Source: an uncultured Candidatus Saccharibacteria bacterium (GTDB taxonomy: Bacteria; Patescibacteriota; Minisyncoccia; Phycocordibacterales; UBA9973). From it: a stretch of DNA of 64,000 nt. Under the pieces are notes generated by a model. The model was not told the origin of the DNA. It searched no databases and saw only the letters and a program-made list of their open reading frames with translations. Positions 48,464 to 58,298 of the stretch are shown here, one piece after another. Every line of letters begins with the position of its first letter. The stretch's first letter is position 1. The position numbers were made by a program, and so were the translations under genes. The DNA is taken from NCBI GenBank assembly GCA_964385945.1, contig CAYLQJ010000001.1:8034-72033 (forward strand). Direction: 5' to 3'.

Positions 48464-51400
48464 TTAATTTCCTTTTATTTTATTAATAATTGTTCTAACT
48501 CCATTGGAAACCGCTTGAGTTGCCCTATTTATTGCACCACCAACTTGTCGCCCAGTTTCTCGAGAGCCATAATTACTTACAGCCGATAAATTTGCAGCTC
48601 CCATTGTACCATTTGCTTTAACATAATTACTTGGAATTGCTTGTCCGTAACCTGGATCAATGCCTGGAGCATTACCATTCCATGGCAAGTTTTCAACTCC
48701 TGCCCCACGAAGAAGTGTTGTCGCAAAATTATTTGAATTATATCCGTTATTTACAAATGGATCATATGCTGCATCTTCATTATACGCATTATATTGGTTA
48801 GTAATATTTTTAATAAATTCTGTATCAGAAACACCTGATGGCATTTGAACCTGAACAGTCGATTTCATTTTACCTTTCTGCTGATCTGGCATAGAATACC
48901 CGTTTTGAACCACAGAAACGTCACTAGGCGCATTTCTACCTTTAATTAGGTTGCCATTATCACCAGCATAACCTCCGAGCGTCCAAGCATCTCCAGATTT
49001 CATACCGAAATCTCCCGGATTATTGGGTGCTATCAAAAGAAAAACATGAGTTCCTGCACTATTATTTTCTATTTCTTTTGAAACCGCATATACACTTCTT
49101 CCCGTTGGGTCACTTAGTGTAATAGGATTATTCCTTGCATATGCATATGAGTTTTGATTTTGTGGGTCGAGCAACCAATCTAGTGAAGTAACCCAAAACT
49201 CAGGATCCTGGCTTATAAACTGACCTCTAGCCCCGTTGTAGTAACGGGCGTTAAGATAAGATAATTGTGTGTCTTCGTCATACTCCTGTCCTATATACTG
49301 CTTAGCATTTGTAAATGATCCTGAAGAAATTCTTTGGTCTCCATAAGGGAAGTAATCTAACAATTCAACTTGTGCCCCTGTGTCATCTGTTACTACATTT
49401 GTACCTCCAAGGTGATCAGTGTGAACATAATACGGGCTTACGACAGTGCTTATTGTTTCAATTGTTGAAACAAGAGCATCCCCAGCATAAATACTTTTTG
49501 TTTCTTTTCCTGACGGGTCCACATTGTATAGCTTGTTCGCATAATAAGTATTATCACTATCATTCTTTGCTCTAACTCTTTGTCCCTCATGGTCATACCA
49601 GTATTCCAGCACATCAACACCATTATCTGATTCTATCAATTGTTGTTTATAATTCCAAGTGTTTGCAAGAGTTTCATCATCTAAGAGGTTTCCATCTTTG
49701 TCGTAAGTGTAGGTAATCTCTCCTGATGGTGCATGCACCACAACGGTGCGTATTTTACCTGGAGCTGAGTTACCAATAGAATCTTCGACATTATAAATAA
49801 GCTGATATGTACCTGCGATTGCAGTATTAACTGTTCCAGTTACATCAACATCACCAGTAATAGTTCCGTCTTCAGTGTCAGCTGCTGAATATCCTGGCTC
49901 GGTCCATGTATCATTAACATCTAAATCAATTAGATCAGAACCAGTAAGTGTGATGACAGGATTGTCATTTGGAGGAGGTACAGAAGAAGCTACTACAGTA
50001 AATGTACCACTACTAGTAAATTTATGAATTGTATATGCTCCAGATGTACTTACTGTACCACCAGTAGATGTATTAGAAACACCATCACTACCATCAGTTT
50101 TATAAGTAACTATAACTATACCTGAACCACCATTTTGACTACCACTATAACCATTACCACCTCCACCACCACCTGTATTAGAGGTTCCAGACTCACCAGA
50201 ATAACTTCCATCACCTCCACCACAAGTGCCATCTCCTGGACTACCACCATTTCTAACTCCACCTCCACCACCTGCATAACATACACTTGTTCCACTTATA
50301 TCAGTAGTAAAACCTGGACCACCATTAGATGCAGGGGCACTCGATCCTCCTGTTTGCCCTGCTCCTGTTGCACCTCCTCCACCTCCAGAATTTAACCAAG
50401 AGCCTCCTCCAGCATAACCTTGTCCACTTGTTCCACTACCTCCTGAACCATCTGCTGAACCACCTCCACCAGAACCTCCAGAATTTCCATGTTTACTTCC
50501 TGCTGACAAAGAACCGCCTCTACCTCCCCCAACAGCTGTCAAACTACTGAAAACAGAATTTCCCCCATTAGACCAACTATTACCACCACTTCCAACAGTT
50601 ATTGAATAAGCCTGAGCTGTTACAGAATGAGAAGTATGATAAAGCACACCACCTGCTCCACCTCCACCACTATAGTACATAGATGCTTGTCCACCCGAAC
50701 CTCCTCCAGCAACTACTAATGCTTTTACAGATAGAGAAGGTGGAACATATGGGTCATGAACTACAATAGTACGTATTTTACCAGGTGCAGGGGCATCTGC
50801 TGAGTCTTCAACGTTATAAATCAATTGATACACTCCAGAGACAGCAGTATTGACCGATCCTGTTACTGTTACATCACTAGTGATTGTCCCATCTTCAAAG
50901 TCAGATGCAGAATATCCTGGTTCTGTCCATGTGTCATTCACATTTAAATCAATTAAACTACTTCCAGACAGAGTAATTGTTGGATTGTTGTTGGATACTA
51001 CATCATTAATAAATGTAATAGCATGTGGATTAGCATAATTTGATCCTGTTGAGCCAGCATATGTATATGACCCCAAAGGACTTGATGTTATATTTCCAAT
51101 AGCATCATAAAAATAAGATTGAATATAAGTAGATTGACCACCAGCAACACTTGTAGCAGTTGCTGAGGTCATACGATTTAAATCGTCGTAAACATACGCA
51201 ACTGTTTTTGAAGCATCAGTATTAGAATTATCTATAATTTGAGTAATGTTTCCATTTTCATCGTAGGTATAAGCAATATCTTGGAAAATAGTGGTGGATG
51301 GAATAGAATATGTGACTTCAAGTTTTGGATCGGAAGAAGTGCCTGAATATTCTCCAGCTCTAATAATAAGGTAATTGTTTTGACCAGAAGTTCCAGTAAA

Positions 51401-54400
51401 TGGACTGTCTATAACATCGTGACCTTCACGTAACCCCAATTTAGTAAAACCAGTTTTGTTTACCCACCCTTTACCAGTAGTATTTAAATTAAATGTAAGA
51501 TATGCGCTGGTGGAAACACTAGTAATATCTTTCCTTTCTCCAGTGTCGACACCTTCTGTAGGATTATTTATACTTCCAGCAAGATCAAAATCTGAATTTG
51601 CAAGTGCTGTATTACTTGGTTGCGACGTTTGAACCACTGTTACCCAATCATCTCCGTCGTTATCATTATTAAGTTTAGAATTAATATATGTTTTTAGTTT
51701 TGCATCAGAAATTACTGCATCATCAGGCAAAGAGGAAGTATCAAAAGGTAGAAAAGCTCTACGAATTCGATAACTTGTAGCACTTGCTTTTCCATTACCA
51801 GTATAAAATGTAGTACCGGTATAGCTTGAAACAACTCCCGACGTGGCGTCGTGTCCAGTATCCCAATTTGTATTGTCATTATATACATATCCATCACCCG
51901 CAGCAGGATAAAAAGTAACAGTTGTTGGTGTCCCGCCACTATAATATGAAGTATATTTTCGAGTTAATCTGTATATTTTAGTTTCATCATATGTATTTGT
52001 AGTGTTAGTTCCGTTAGAATTCATCTGATAAGTTATTTTTCCATGCGGTCCATAATCAAAATCAGAAACTACATCAGTATATGAGCCACCATTTTCTTTT
52101 CTCTCAACTTTCTCTAATTGCCCAGCAGTATTATAGGTGTATTTAATTTGAGCACTATCAGGATAAGTGATAACTAATTTGTTCCCAAGACGATCGTATG
52201 TGTGGGAGGTGGTGTACGCATTGCTGTTAATTGTCTTTACCTCACTTACAGTGTTGCCATTTGAATCATAGGTATAATCAGTATCCGCTCCAGCGAGCAT
52301 ATCCACCGCACAAACCTTCCCTATTCCGTTCATGCAAGAATCATATGTGTAAGTAATTTCGGTTCCGCTTCCGACTGTTTCATTTTCGGTAAGCACACGA
52401 TTTATATCATCATAAGTATAGTTCACTGTTTTTGCTTCAGGACTTACTGACTGAATCATATTACTTGCATCATCATATGTGTATGACCAAGAACCAAACG
52501 TAGCATCTCCCGAAGCATGCAAATCTTCAGCGGTTAATCTTCTTCCTAAACCATCATATGTAAAGTTACGGAAGTTGCTTAGAGCATCCGTTATCTTAGT
52601 AAGTTTTTTGTTTAGATTCCATTCGTAGTTCGTGATGTATGTGGACCCGCTATTTACTTCCTCTACTTTGATTAGGTTGTCGTGCGCATCTTTATAATAG
52701 TTCTTCACTTTGCTTCGTGGGTCAGTAGTAGTAGTCTTCCAGTCGTCATAGGTATAGTTTGTAGTACCTACTGCATCTACGACAGTAGAATATCGTTGCA
52801 TTGGATCATAGGTATATGTTTTGTATAGTGCTGTCGTACTAGTAGCTGTAGTTCTAGAAGTCCCGGAAGAATCATAAGGTAAGGATTCTTTTTGAAGTAA
52901 GCCAACATTGTTATACAGATAATCCCGAGCAACATAACTTGATTCACTTTCAGTTCTATCTTGAATCTTTCTATTAAGTCCATCAAGATATGTGTAGCTG
53001 TCCACACTATTTGAACCATCTAGGTTATCTGTCTTCTGTACTGCAACTGCACCAGAGGTATCTGTATATGTATATGCTGTTTTTGTAACTGCAGAATACG
53101 GAGAACCGAAATCAGGAACTTTTTCAGTAAGTACTCTGTCTAGTCCGTCATAGGTTCGTTGGTACACAAAACCATTCGGTTCAGTTACCTGTTTAATATT
53201 TCCTGAAGCATAATCATAGGTGTAATCGGTATCATTTGAAAGCGGATCGGTAACGGTTGCTGGATACAAATAATTTGCATCGTAGGTGTATGAAGTAACT
53301 TTTCCTCGCTCATCGGTGGAAGAAGTAGGAATACCATACGTAGTGTTGTAACCTTTCTGAGTATTTACATAGGTACTACTCACTTTCCATTTTTCAACTT
53401 TAGTTGGATTACCATCAGTTACAGTGCCTAAAGACTGAGCATCATAATATGTTTTGGTTTCTCGAACCTTGGCAGCACTTTGATCTACGACGGTGTCCTG
53501 ATATGGAAGACCTACAATCCAGTCAGTAGTGTTTGCGGTGTAAGTAATTGTCTCTACCGTCTTATCTGTCCCTGTGTCTGTGTAAGATCCGTCATCGCTT
53601 CCCGTGACTTCACCCCACATTGTTTTAGTAGTGATATTTCCATAGGTATCATCATATGTATATTCAGTAGTGGTATCTTTATGATCACTATCGCCGTCGT
53701 ACGACAGAACTGTTGAACGAACTAACTTCACAAAATCTCTTCCTGTTCCTTGATTATATTTATCCCACTTGTTTACGGTTTTTTGATAAATATTGTTGGA
53801 AGTATCTGCTATTTCCGTTCTGTAGATTTTTCCTGCTTTAGAAATATGATCGCTGTATTCTCCCTGTGAAGAATTTGTAGAGTTTCCTTGGTGGAAATAA
53901 TTAGTGGTTTTTGTAGTACCATCATCTTCTATGATTTTTCCGAAACCAGTGATTTTACGATCAAGATGAGTGTTAAAGTAATAGTCGCCTTCCTGGTAGC
54001 TGTACGTTTTGGTAATAGTTGGGTTACTGAAACCGCTTGTTGTCGCTATTTGATAGACCGTATCTAGAACAGCAGGCAGATGAGGATTTAAGGTTGCTCC
54101 ACCACTTGCATACTTAGGTGAACTTTTGTACGTGACTGTGGAAACTCCACCAAATCTGTTCATGATTGTAGAAAGTAAATCTGCTTTTATTCTTTGGTTT
54201 TTAGAAAGAGTTGCTGAGCTCTGAGCACTATCATAAAAATCAAGCATCCCATCACCATCAAAATCAGTTAGACGTGTTACGGGATTAGTAGTTAAGGGTA
54301 TTCCAGCCAAAGGAAATTGCGAATTTGTTGTAAATTGCCACCCTGGGCTCTTATTCAAATATGCACCATTTGTGCTTGTTGACCCAGACAAAATATCTAT

Positions 54401-56449
54401 TAGTCCATCACCGTTTATATCTCCAAAAAGTGTGCCGGTACTTGTAGACAATGAGCCATTATCAGAAACCCCAAAAACAATAGGAGGAGTATAACTTGTG
54501 TCTTCTGACCATGTTTTGTCTCCATTATTTTTGTATGCTATTTTTGTTTCAACATTTGAAGAATTTTTGTGTCCCTTCAAAATATCAACCAGTCCATCTC
54601 CGTTGTAATCCACTAATATAACACCTAGTCTCATATCAACAGGAAGAACCCATCCTGAGTCACTACTCCAACCATTACCAGTGTTTAAAGAAACTGTCGT
54701 CGTAATAGGAGCAGCTCCATTGTTATCCCCTAAAGCATTAATAAAATCAGGAAGTCCATCTCCGTTTATATCTACTAGACGAGTCCCTGTATCATTTGTG
54801 TTCCCAAGGAAAGAACCAGCGGGAGCCCAATTGGAGTCAAGATACCAAGAGGTTCCTTGGTTAATGTACGTGCGAGACACCTGACCACCTCCTGTGTTAC
54901 CACTTTGAACAATGTCAGCCCTTCCGTCACCGTTAACGTCAGCTGCACGGATTCCTTCTTCCATCATATGCCCACCTGGAGCACAAGGACAAGAAAAGGG
55001 AGTAGGAGCATTAAGTGCAGATGTGTAGGTCCAACTTCCGTCACCATCATTTAGATACGTACCTTTTGTCCAGACACCAGCGCTTTCTGTTGATTCCATC
55101 AGGTCAGGAAGAGCATCTCCATTCAAATCAGCAACAATAGCACCGAAGTTAGCAGCAGTATTGATGCTAGCGGAAACAGCAGTACTCCAAGCAAAGTCAG
55201 TCACAAACTCTGACCCCGTACCAGTTGCTTGATAAGTAAAAGCCACCGCTGGTAAGGTCGTCACATTCGACGATTCATCCTGCCCAGATTCTGTAATAGT
55301 ATTCAAAAGAGAACGCTGAGTATTGTCTCCCGTAGTGTACGCAAGCACATATTTATGTCTCCATGTACCACTTACCTTTGATTGAATATCAGTAATTTTA
55401 TAATTTGTGGTAACTCCAAACCCATATTTATTTTGAGTAATTGCATCACTTCTACTGGAACGAGTGAAAACAACACTAAAAATACCGTCTGTTGTGTTGT
55501 TTCCTGTATATGTAATTGTGTCAGGATAAACTTGTCCAGCATCTTTGTAGTACGAATATTCAATATAATTATCATTTGTGTCACGAATTTCTTCAAGCAT
55601 CCATCGTCCAACATTTGAAGAATTACCAGTATCATCTTCTCTTGAATTTGAAGTAAGTCCAAATTTATATACTGTTCCCTGCTTATCGGTCACGGTCCAA
55701 ACATTTGAAGACAGAGAATACTTTAAGAAATCTCCATTTTCAGTTTTTGGAGCATAGTCACCACCTGAAGTATTTACGAGTTCACCCGAAAGAGACGAAT
55801 TAAAATAGTTATCTGTGTACAACTTCTCAATTCCACTTTTATTTACTCTCTCAATGTATGGAATATTAACAGACCAGCCATAACCAAAAATAGATGCCTG
55901 ATCAGCATCTTGACTTGAGTATTTAAGAGAAACTTTTGGATTCAATCCATTTCTTCCTGGAGGAACAGTAAGTGGGTACTCGTATGTTAACCCCCCTGTT
56001 GATTGATCTGTTTGAGGTAAACTTAAATTAGTAGCATCACGAGTGTCTCCAAAGAAACCTCCGGAACTTTGAGACATCATCATCTGCGGTTCTTCTTCCT
56101 CGTTTACAGGAATCACCTCTTCTGCTGGTTCATCTGTAATCTCTGGAGTAATGACATCTTCCTTTACTGGGCCAGTATCTAATATATCTTTTATAGTTTC
56201 TTCATTTGATTCTATGGGATTATTTACTGGTTCACCTAACACTTGTTCGATATCAGTTGAAGTATCTAAAATAACAGGATCATTGATTTCTGCACTTAAA
56301 GAAGGTTGCTCAATTTGAGTTGTTTCTGTTTGGATTACATCCACCGCCTCTTGGGCAAAAACCTGAGCTACAGGAGAAACAAAAAGAGAGATTATTAAAA
56401 GAGAACTAAAAACTTTTTGTAGAAACCGAACAGGAGCAGATGATTTCAT
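48464..56449 (-). CDS. Giant secreted RHS/YD polymorphic toxin (SpvB-like, FG-GAP, YD repeats, inserted domains, RHS core, C-terminal toxin)
   Basis: Signal peptide (VFA|QE), VPPGRNGLNPKVSLKYSS, DxNGDGxxD repeats, YD repeats, YIGQEYD...NNPITLSDPTG. Confidence 0.92.
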   Translation of the reverse strand: MKSSAPVRFLQKVFSSLLIISLFVSPVAQVFAQEAVDVIQTETTQIEQPSLSAEINDPVILDTSTDIEQVLGEPVNNPIESNEETIKDILDTGPVKEDVITPEITDEPAEEVIPVNEEEEPQMMMSQSSGGFFGDTRDATNLSLPQTDQSTGGLTYEYPLTVPPGRNGLNPKVSLKYSSQDADQASIFGYGWSVNIPYIERVNKSGIEKLYTDNYFNSSLSGELVNTSGGDYAPKTENGDFLKYSLSSNVWTVTDKQGTVYKFGLTSNSREDDTGNSSNVGRWMLEEIRDTNDNYIEYSYYKDAGQVYPDTITYTGNNTTDGIFSVVFTRSSRSDAITQNKYGFGVTTNYKITDIQSKVSGTWRHKYVLAYTTGDNTQRSLLNTITESGQDESSNVTTLPAVAFTYQATGTGSEFVTDFAWSTAVSASINTAANFGAIVADLNGDALPDLMESTESAGVWTKGTYLNDGDGSWTYTSALNAPTPFSCPCAPGGHMMEEGIRAADVNGDGRADIVQSGNTGGGQVSRTYINQGTSWYLDSNWAPAGSFLGNTNDTGTRLVDINGDGLPDFINALGDNNGAAPITTTVSLNTGNGWSSDSGWVLPVDMRLGVILVDYNGDGLVDILKGHKNSSNVETKIAYKNNGDKTWSEDTSYTPPIVFGVSDNGSLSTSTGTLFGDINGDGLIDILSGSTSTNGAYLNKSPGWQFTTNSQFPLAGIPLTTNPVTRLTDFDGDGMLDFYDSAQSSATLSKNQRIKADLLSTIMNRFGGVSTVTYKSSPKYASGGATLNPHLPAVLDTVYQIATTSGFSNPTITKTYSYQEGDYYFNTHLDRKITGFGKIIEDDGTTKTTNYFHQGNSTNSSQGEYSDHISKAGKIYRTEIADTSNNIYQKTVNKWDKYNQGTGRDFVKLVRSTVLSYDGDSDHKDTTTEYTYDDTYGNITTKTMWGEVTGSDDGSYTDTGTDKTVETITYTANTTDWIVGLPYQDTVVDQSAAKVRETKTYYDAQSLGTVTDGNPTKVEKWKVSSTYVNTQKGYNTTYGIPTSSTDERGKVTSYTYDANYLYPATVTDPLSNDTDYTYDYASGNIKQVTEPNGFVYQRTYDGLDRVLTEKVPDFGSPYSAVTKTAYTYTDTSGAVAVQKTDNLDGSNSVDSYTYLDGLNRKIQDRTESESSYVARDYLYNNVGLLQKESLPYDSSGTSRTTATSTTALYKTYTYDPMQRYSTVVDAVGTTNYTYDDWKTTTTDPRSKVKNYYKDAHDNLIKVEEVNSGSTYITNYEWNLNKKLTKITDALSNFRNFTYDGLGRRLTAEDLHASGDATFGSWSYTYDDASNMIQSVSPEAKTVNYTYDDINRVLTENETVGSGTEITYTYDSCMNGIGKVCAVDMLAGADTDYTYDSNGNTVSEVKTINSNAYTTSHTYDRLGNKLVITYPDSAQIKYTYNTAGQLEKVERKENGGSYTDVVSDFDYGPHGKITYQMNSNGTNTTNTYDETKIYRLTRKYTSYYSGGTPTTVTFYPAAGDGYVYNDNTNWDTGHDATSGVVSSYTGTTFYTGNGKASATSYRIRRAFLPFDTSSLPDDAVISDAKLKTYINSKLNNDNDGDDWVTVVQTSQPSNTALANSDFDLAGSINNPTEGVDTGERKDITSVSTSAYLTFNLNTTGKGWVNKTGFTKLGLREGHDVIDSPFTGTSGQNNYLIIRAGEYSGTSSDPKLEVTYSIPSTTIFQDIAYTYDENGNITQIIDNSNTDASKTVAYVYDDLNRMTSATATSVAGGQSTYIQSYFYDAIGNITSSPLGSYTYAGSTGSNYANPHAITFINDVVSNNNPTITLSGSSLIDLNVNDTWTEPGYSASDFEDGTITSDVTVTGSVNTAVSGVYQLIYNVEDSADAPAPGKIRTIVVHDPYVPPSLSVKALVVAGGGSGGQASMYYSGGGGAGGVLYHTSHSVTAQAYSITVGSGGNSWSNGGNSVFSSLTAVGGGRGGSLSAGSKHGNSGGSGGGGSADGSGGSGTSGQGYAGGGSWLNSGGGGGATGAGQTGGSSAPASNGGPGFTTDISGTSVCYAGGGGGVRNGGSPGDGTCGGGDGSYSGESGTSNTGGGGGGNGYSGSQNGGSGIVIVTYKTDGSDGVSNTSTGGTVSTSGAYTIHKFTSSGTFTVVASSVPPPNDNPVITLTGSDLIDLDVNDTWTEPGYSAADTEDGTITGDVDVTGTVNTAIAGTYQLIYNVEDSIGNSAPGKIRTVVVHAPSGEITYTYDKDGNLLDDETLANTWNYKQQLIESDNGVDVLEYWYDHEGQRVRAKNDSDNTYYANKLYNVDPSGKETKSIYAGDALVSTIETISTVVSPYYVHTDHLGGTNVVTDDTGAQVELLDYFPYGDQRISSGSFTNAKQYIGQEYDEDTQLSYLNARYYNGARGQFISQDPEFWVTSLDWLLDPQNQNSYAYARNNPITLSDPTGRSVYAVSKEIENNSAGTHVFLLIAPNNPGDFGMKSGDAWTLGGYAGDNGNLIKGRNAPSDVSVVQNGYSMPDQQKGKMKSTVQVQMPSGVSDTEFIKNITNQYNAYNEDAAYDPFVNNGYNSNNFATTLLRGAGVENLPWNGNAPGIDPGYGQAIPSNYVKANGTMGAANLSAVSNYGSRETGRQVGGAINRATQAVSNGVRTIINKIKGN

Positions 56450-56685
56450 ATATTTAATTTGTTAATTATTTATAATAACTATTAAACAAATTATATCTGA
56501 TAAAAAGGAAAAGACAATGTACGTACTAAAACAACGTTTTTAAAGAGAATTAACAACTTTTACGATGTACTAGTACACTAAAGGTTCGTAAACTTTAATA
56601 CTACGGATAATTCTGTAAAAATGGCTGAATCGGGCTAGGGTTTTGATATTTCCATTTCTAAACACACTAATGTAAAATCATATAT

Positions 56686-57444
56686 ATGCCCCCCGAAAGA
56701 TTTCTGTACCCAACAAAAGACCTTAGATATAAAATCTGTGAGTTCTTGATTGATAAAAGAATAAAGACACCTGGTCTTGGTAATATATTAAAAATTAAAG
56801 GCGAAGAGATAAGAGATTTGCTTGAATTTGCAATTACTTCTAATGGGAATACTCGTGAAGATGTTTTTATAGAGGAATTAATCCACATAGAGGACGAGGT
56901 GTTTAATGATACCAAATTACTGATAATAGAAAATAAAGAAGTGTTAAATAATTTTGATCAATGGATAAGAGGAGGGTCTGTTCTGAAGGTTAGATGTGAT
57001 AGTAAAATGTTAGAAAATTATATATCAGAATTAAAAAATAGAACACGAGTCGCTCTTAGAAATTTAGGTTTAGCTGAAATAAAACCATTACCTAGTGGTG
57101 GGATAGAAGTTATTTTAGGTGACAAAGAAATGAAAGTTCACATGACCAAAAAACATGATTTTAATTTATATATTACAATTATTCAACTTACGAGTGGGGC
57201 AGTAATTACAATGAATGGGAATGAACGCATTCTAGAAAAGAACTACAAAAAAGGTGATCACATTTCTTATAATCAATTACTTGAAATTTTAAGAAGTATT
57301 GAGGGCAATGAGAATACAGACGAATCCAAAATTAATGACAAATCAATAAAAGATGCAATAAGATACATAAACAGTAGAGCGGAAACAGAACTTGGTATAT
57401 CCTTATTGGAGAAAGATAAAACAGGTTTAAAGTGGGTTAGATAG
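56686..57444 (+). CDS. Hypothetical protein, possible C-terminal winged HTH
   Basis: ISYNQLLEIL...KSIKDAIRYINSR...LG resembles a wHTH; followed by a terminator. Confidence 0.6.
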   Translation: MPPERFLYPTKDLRYKICEFLIDKRIKTPGLGNILKIKGEEIRDLLEFAITSNGNTREDVFIEELIHIEDEVFNDTKLLIIENKEVLNNFDQWIRGGSVLKVRCDSKMLENYISELKNRTRVALRNLGLAEIKPLPSGGIEVILGDKEMKVHMTKKHDFNLYITIIQLTSGAVITMNGNERILEKNYKKGDHISYNQLLEILRSIEGNENTDESKINDKSIKDAIRYINSRAETELGISLLEKDKTGLKWVR

Positions 57445-57467
57445 ATTCTATATTGAAATATCAAATT

Positions 57468-57498
57468 AAAAAACACCGACGCAATGTTGGTGTTTTTT
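57468..57498 (+). terminator. Intrinsic terminator
   Basis: AAAAAACACCGAC-gcaat-GTTGGTGTTTTTT. Confidence 0.8.
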
Positions 57499-57623
57499 AA
57501 TTTTACTCACCTTAACTCACTTTACTCACTAGCCTAAATGCATACTAAAAAAATTACTTTATTTTAGATAGTCGTAATTAAAAGTAAAAGGAATAAAGAA
57601 AAAAAGTTATTTAAAAATTAAAT

Positions 57624-57854
57624 ATGAAAACAATTCACTTACTTCTCTGCGAAGCACCGATCTGTGCAGATGACCAAAATCCTAACTTTAAAAATGAGAT
57701 ATCCTGGTTGCCTGGTGAGAAAGTGTGTACAAGAATGCCTTACGAAAAGTTTCAAAAGAAACAACTTGAAATAAATAAGTTGGTTAAGGAAAAAAAGTTT
57801 AAAAATATGGACCGTGGCTATACGGCAAACGAGCTAGAGAATAACTCTATATAG
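57624..57854 (+). CDS. Small hypothetical protein
   Basis: 76-aa ORF with CEAPIC...W.PGE..C. Confidence 0.65.
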   Translation: MKTIHLLLCEAPICADDQNPNFKNEISWLPGEKVCTRMPYEKFQKKQLEINKLVKEKKFKNMDRGYTANELENNSI

Positions 57855-57985
57855 CCTCTGTACGAAAACCCTCCTAAAATTAGCCTTAATTTACAAGGGT
57901 TCAAAATAGGCTCCTCGCATCTAAATTTAAAAAAGGATGTGAGAGGCAGCTTAAGACAAAAATTAACAATCAATTAAACAAAAAA

Positions 57986-58096
57986 ATGAAAAAACAAAAC
58001 AAAAGAGATAACAAATTAATAGAACTAGAAGAGGAATTTTGGGATGCAGAAATTCCAGAGAAAGACGAAGACGGTATTGATATTAACAAACCCTAA
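57986..58096 (+). CDS. Small acidic ORF, 36 aa (not in ORF track)
   Basis: MKKQNKRDNKLIELEEEFWDAEIPEKDEDGIDINKP* after an A-rich leader. Confidence 0.4.
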   Translation: MKKQNKRDNKLIELEEEFWDAEIPEKDEDGIDINKP

Positions 58097-58144
58097 AACA
58101 AATTAAAAAGTAGTCGCTTTTAAAAATTACTAATTAACCAAATC

Positions 58145-58285
58145 ATGATTGACTTAGAAGAATTCAAAAAGATATTAGGAGATAAAAATGGATTATCTGA
58201 AGAAGATATCATTAAACTCAAAGAAAATCAGGAAAATATGGCTGAAATATTTTTTAATTCTTGGCTAAGTGAAAATGATATATAA
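58145..58285 (+). CDS. Small ORF, 46 aa, directly upstream of LSR3 (not in ORF track)
   Basis: MIDLEEFKKILGDKNGLSEEDIIKLKENQENMAEIFFNSWLSENDI*. Confidence 0.55.
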   Translation: MIDLEEFKKILGDKNGLSEEDIIKLKENQENMAEIFFNSWLSENDI

Positions 58286-58298
58286 TGTAAGTATTAAG

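Noticed and set aside
35850-49310. Diversity-generating retroelement TR/VR pair from the two RHS cores
   Set aside because: No reverse transcriptase is present, and the similarity is ordinary protein-level homology rather than adenine-specific variation.
48660-55662. Short ORFs overlapping the RHS gene (and similar ones inside topA, serS, terL and gajA)
   Set aside because: Opposite-strand or alternate-frame shadows of long genes with clear motifs.
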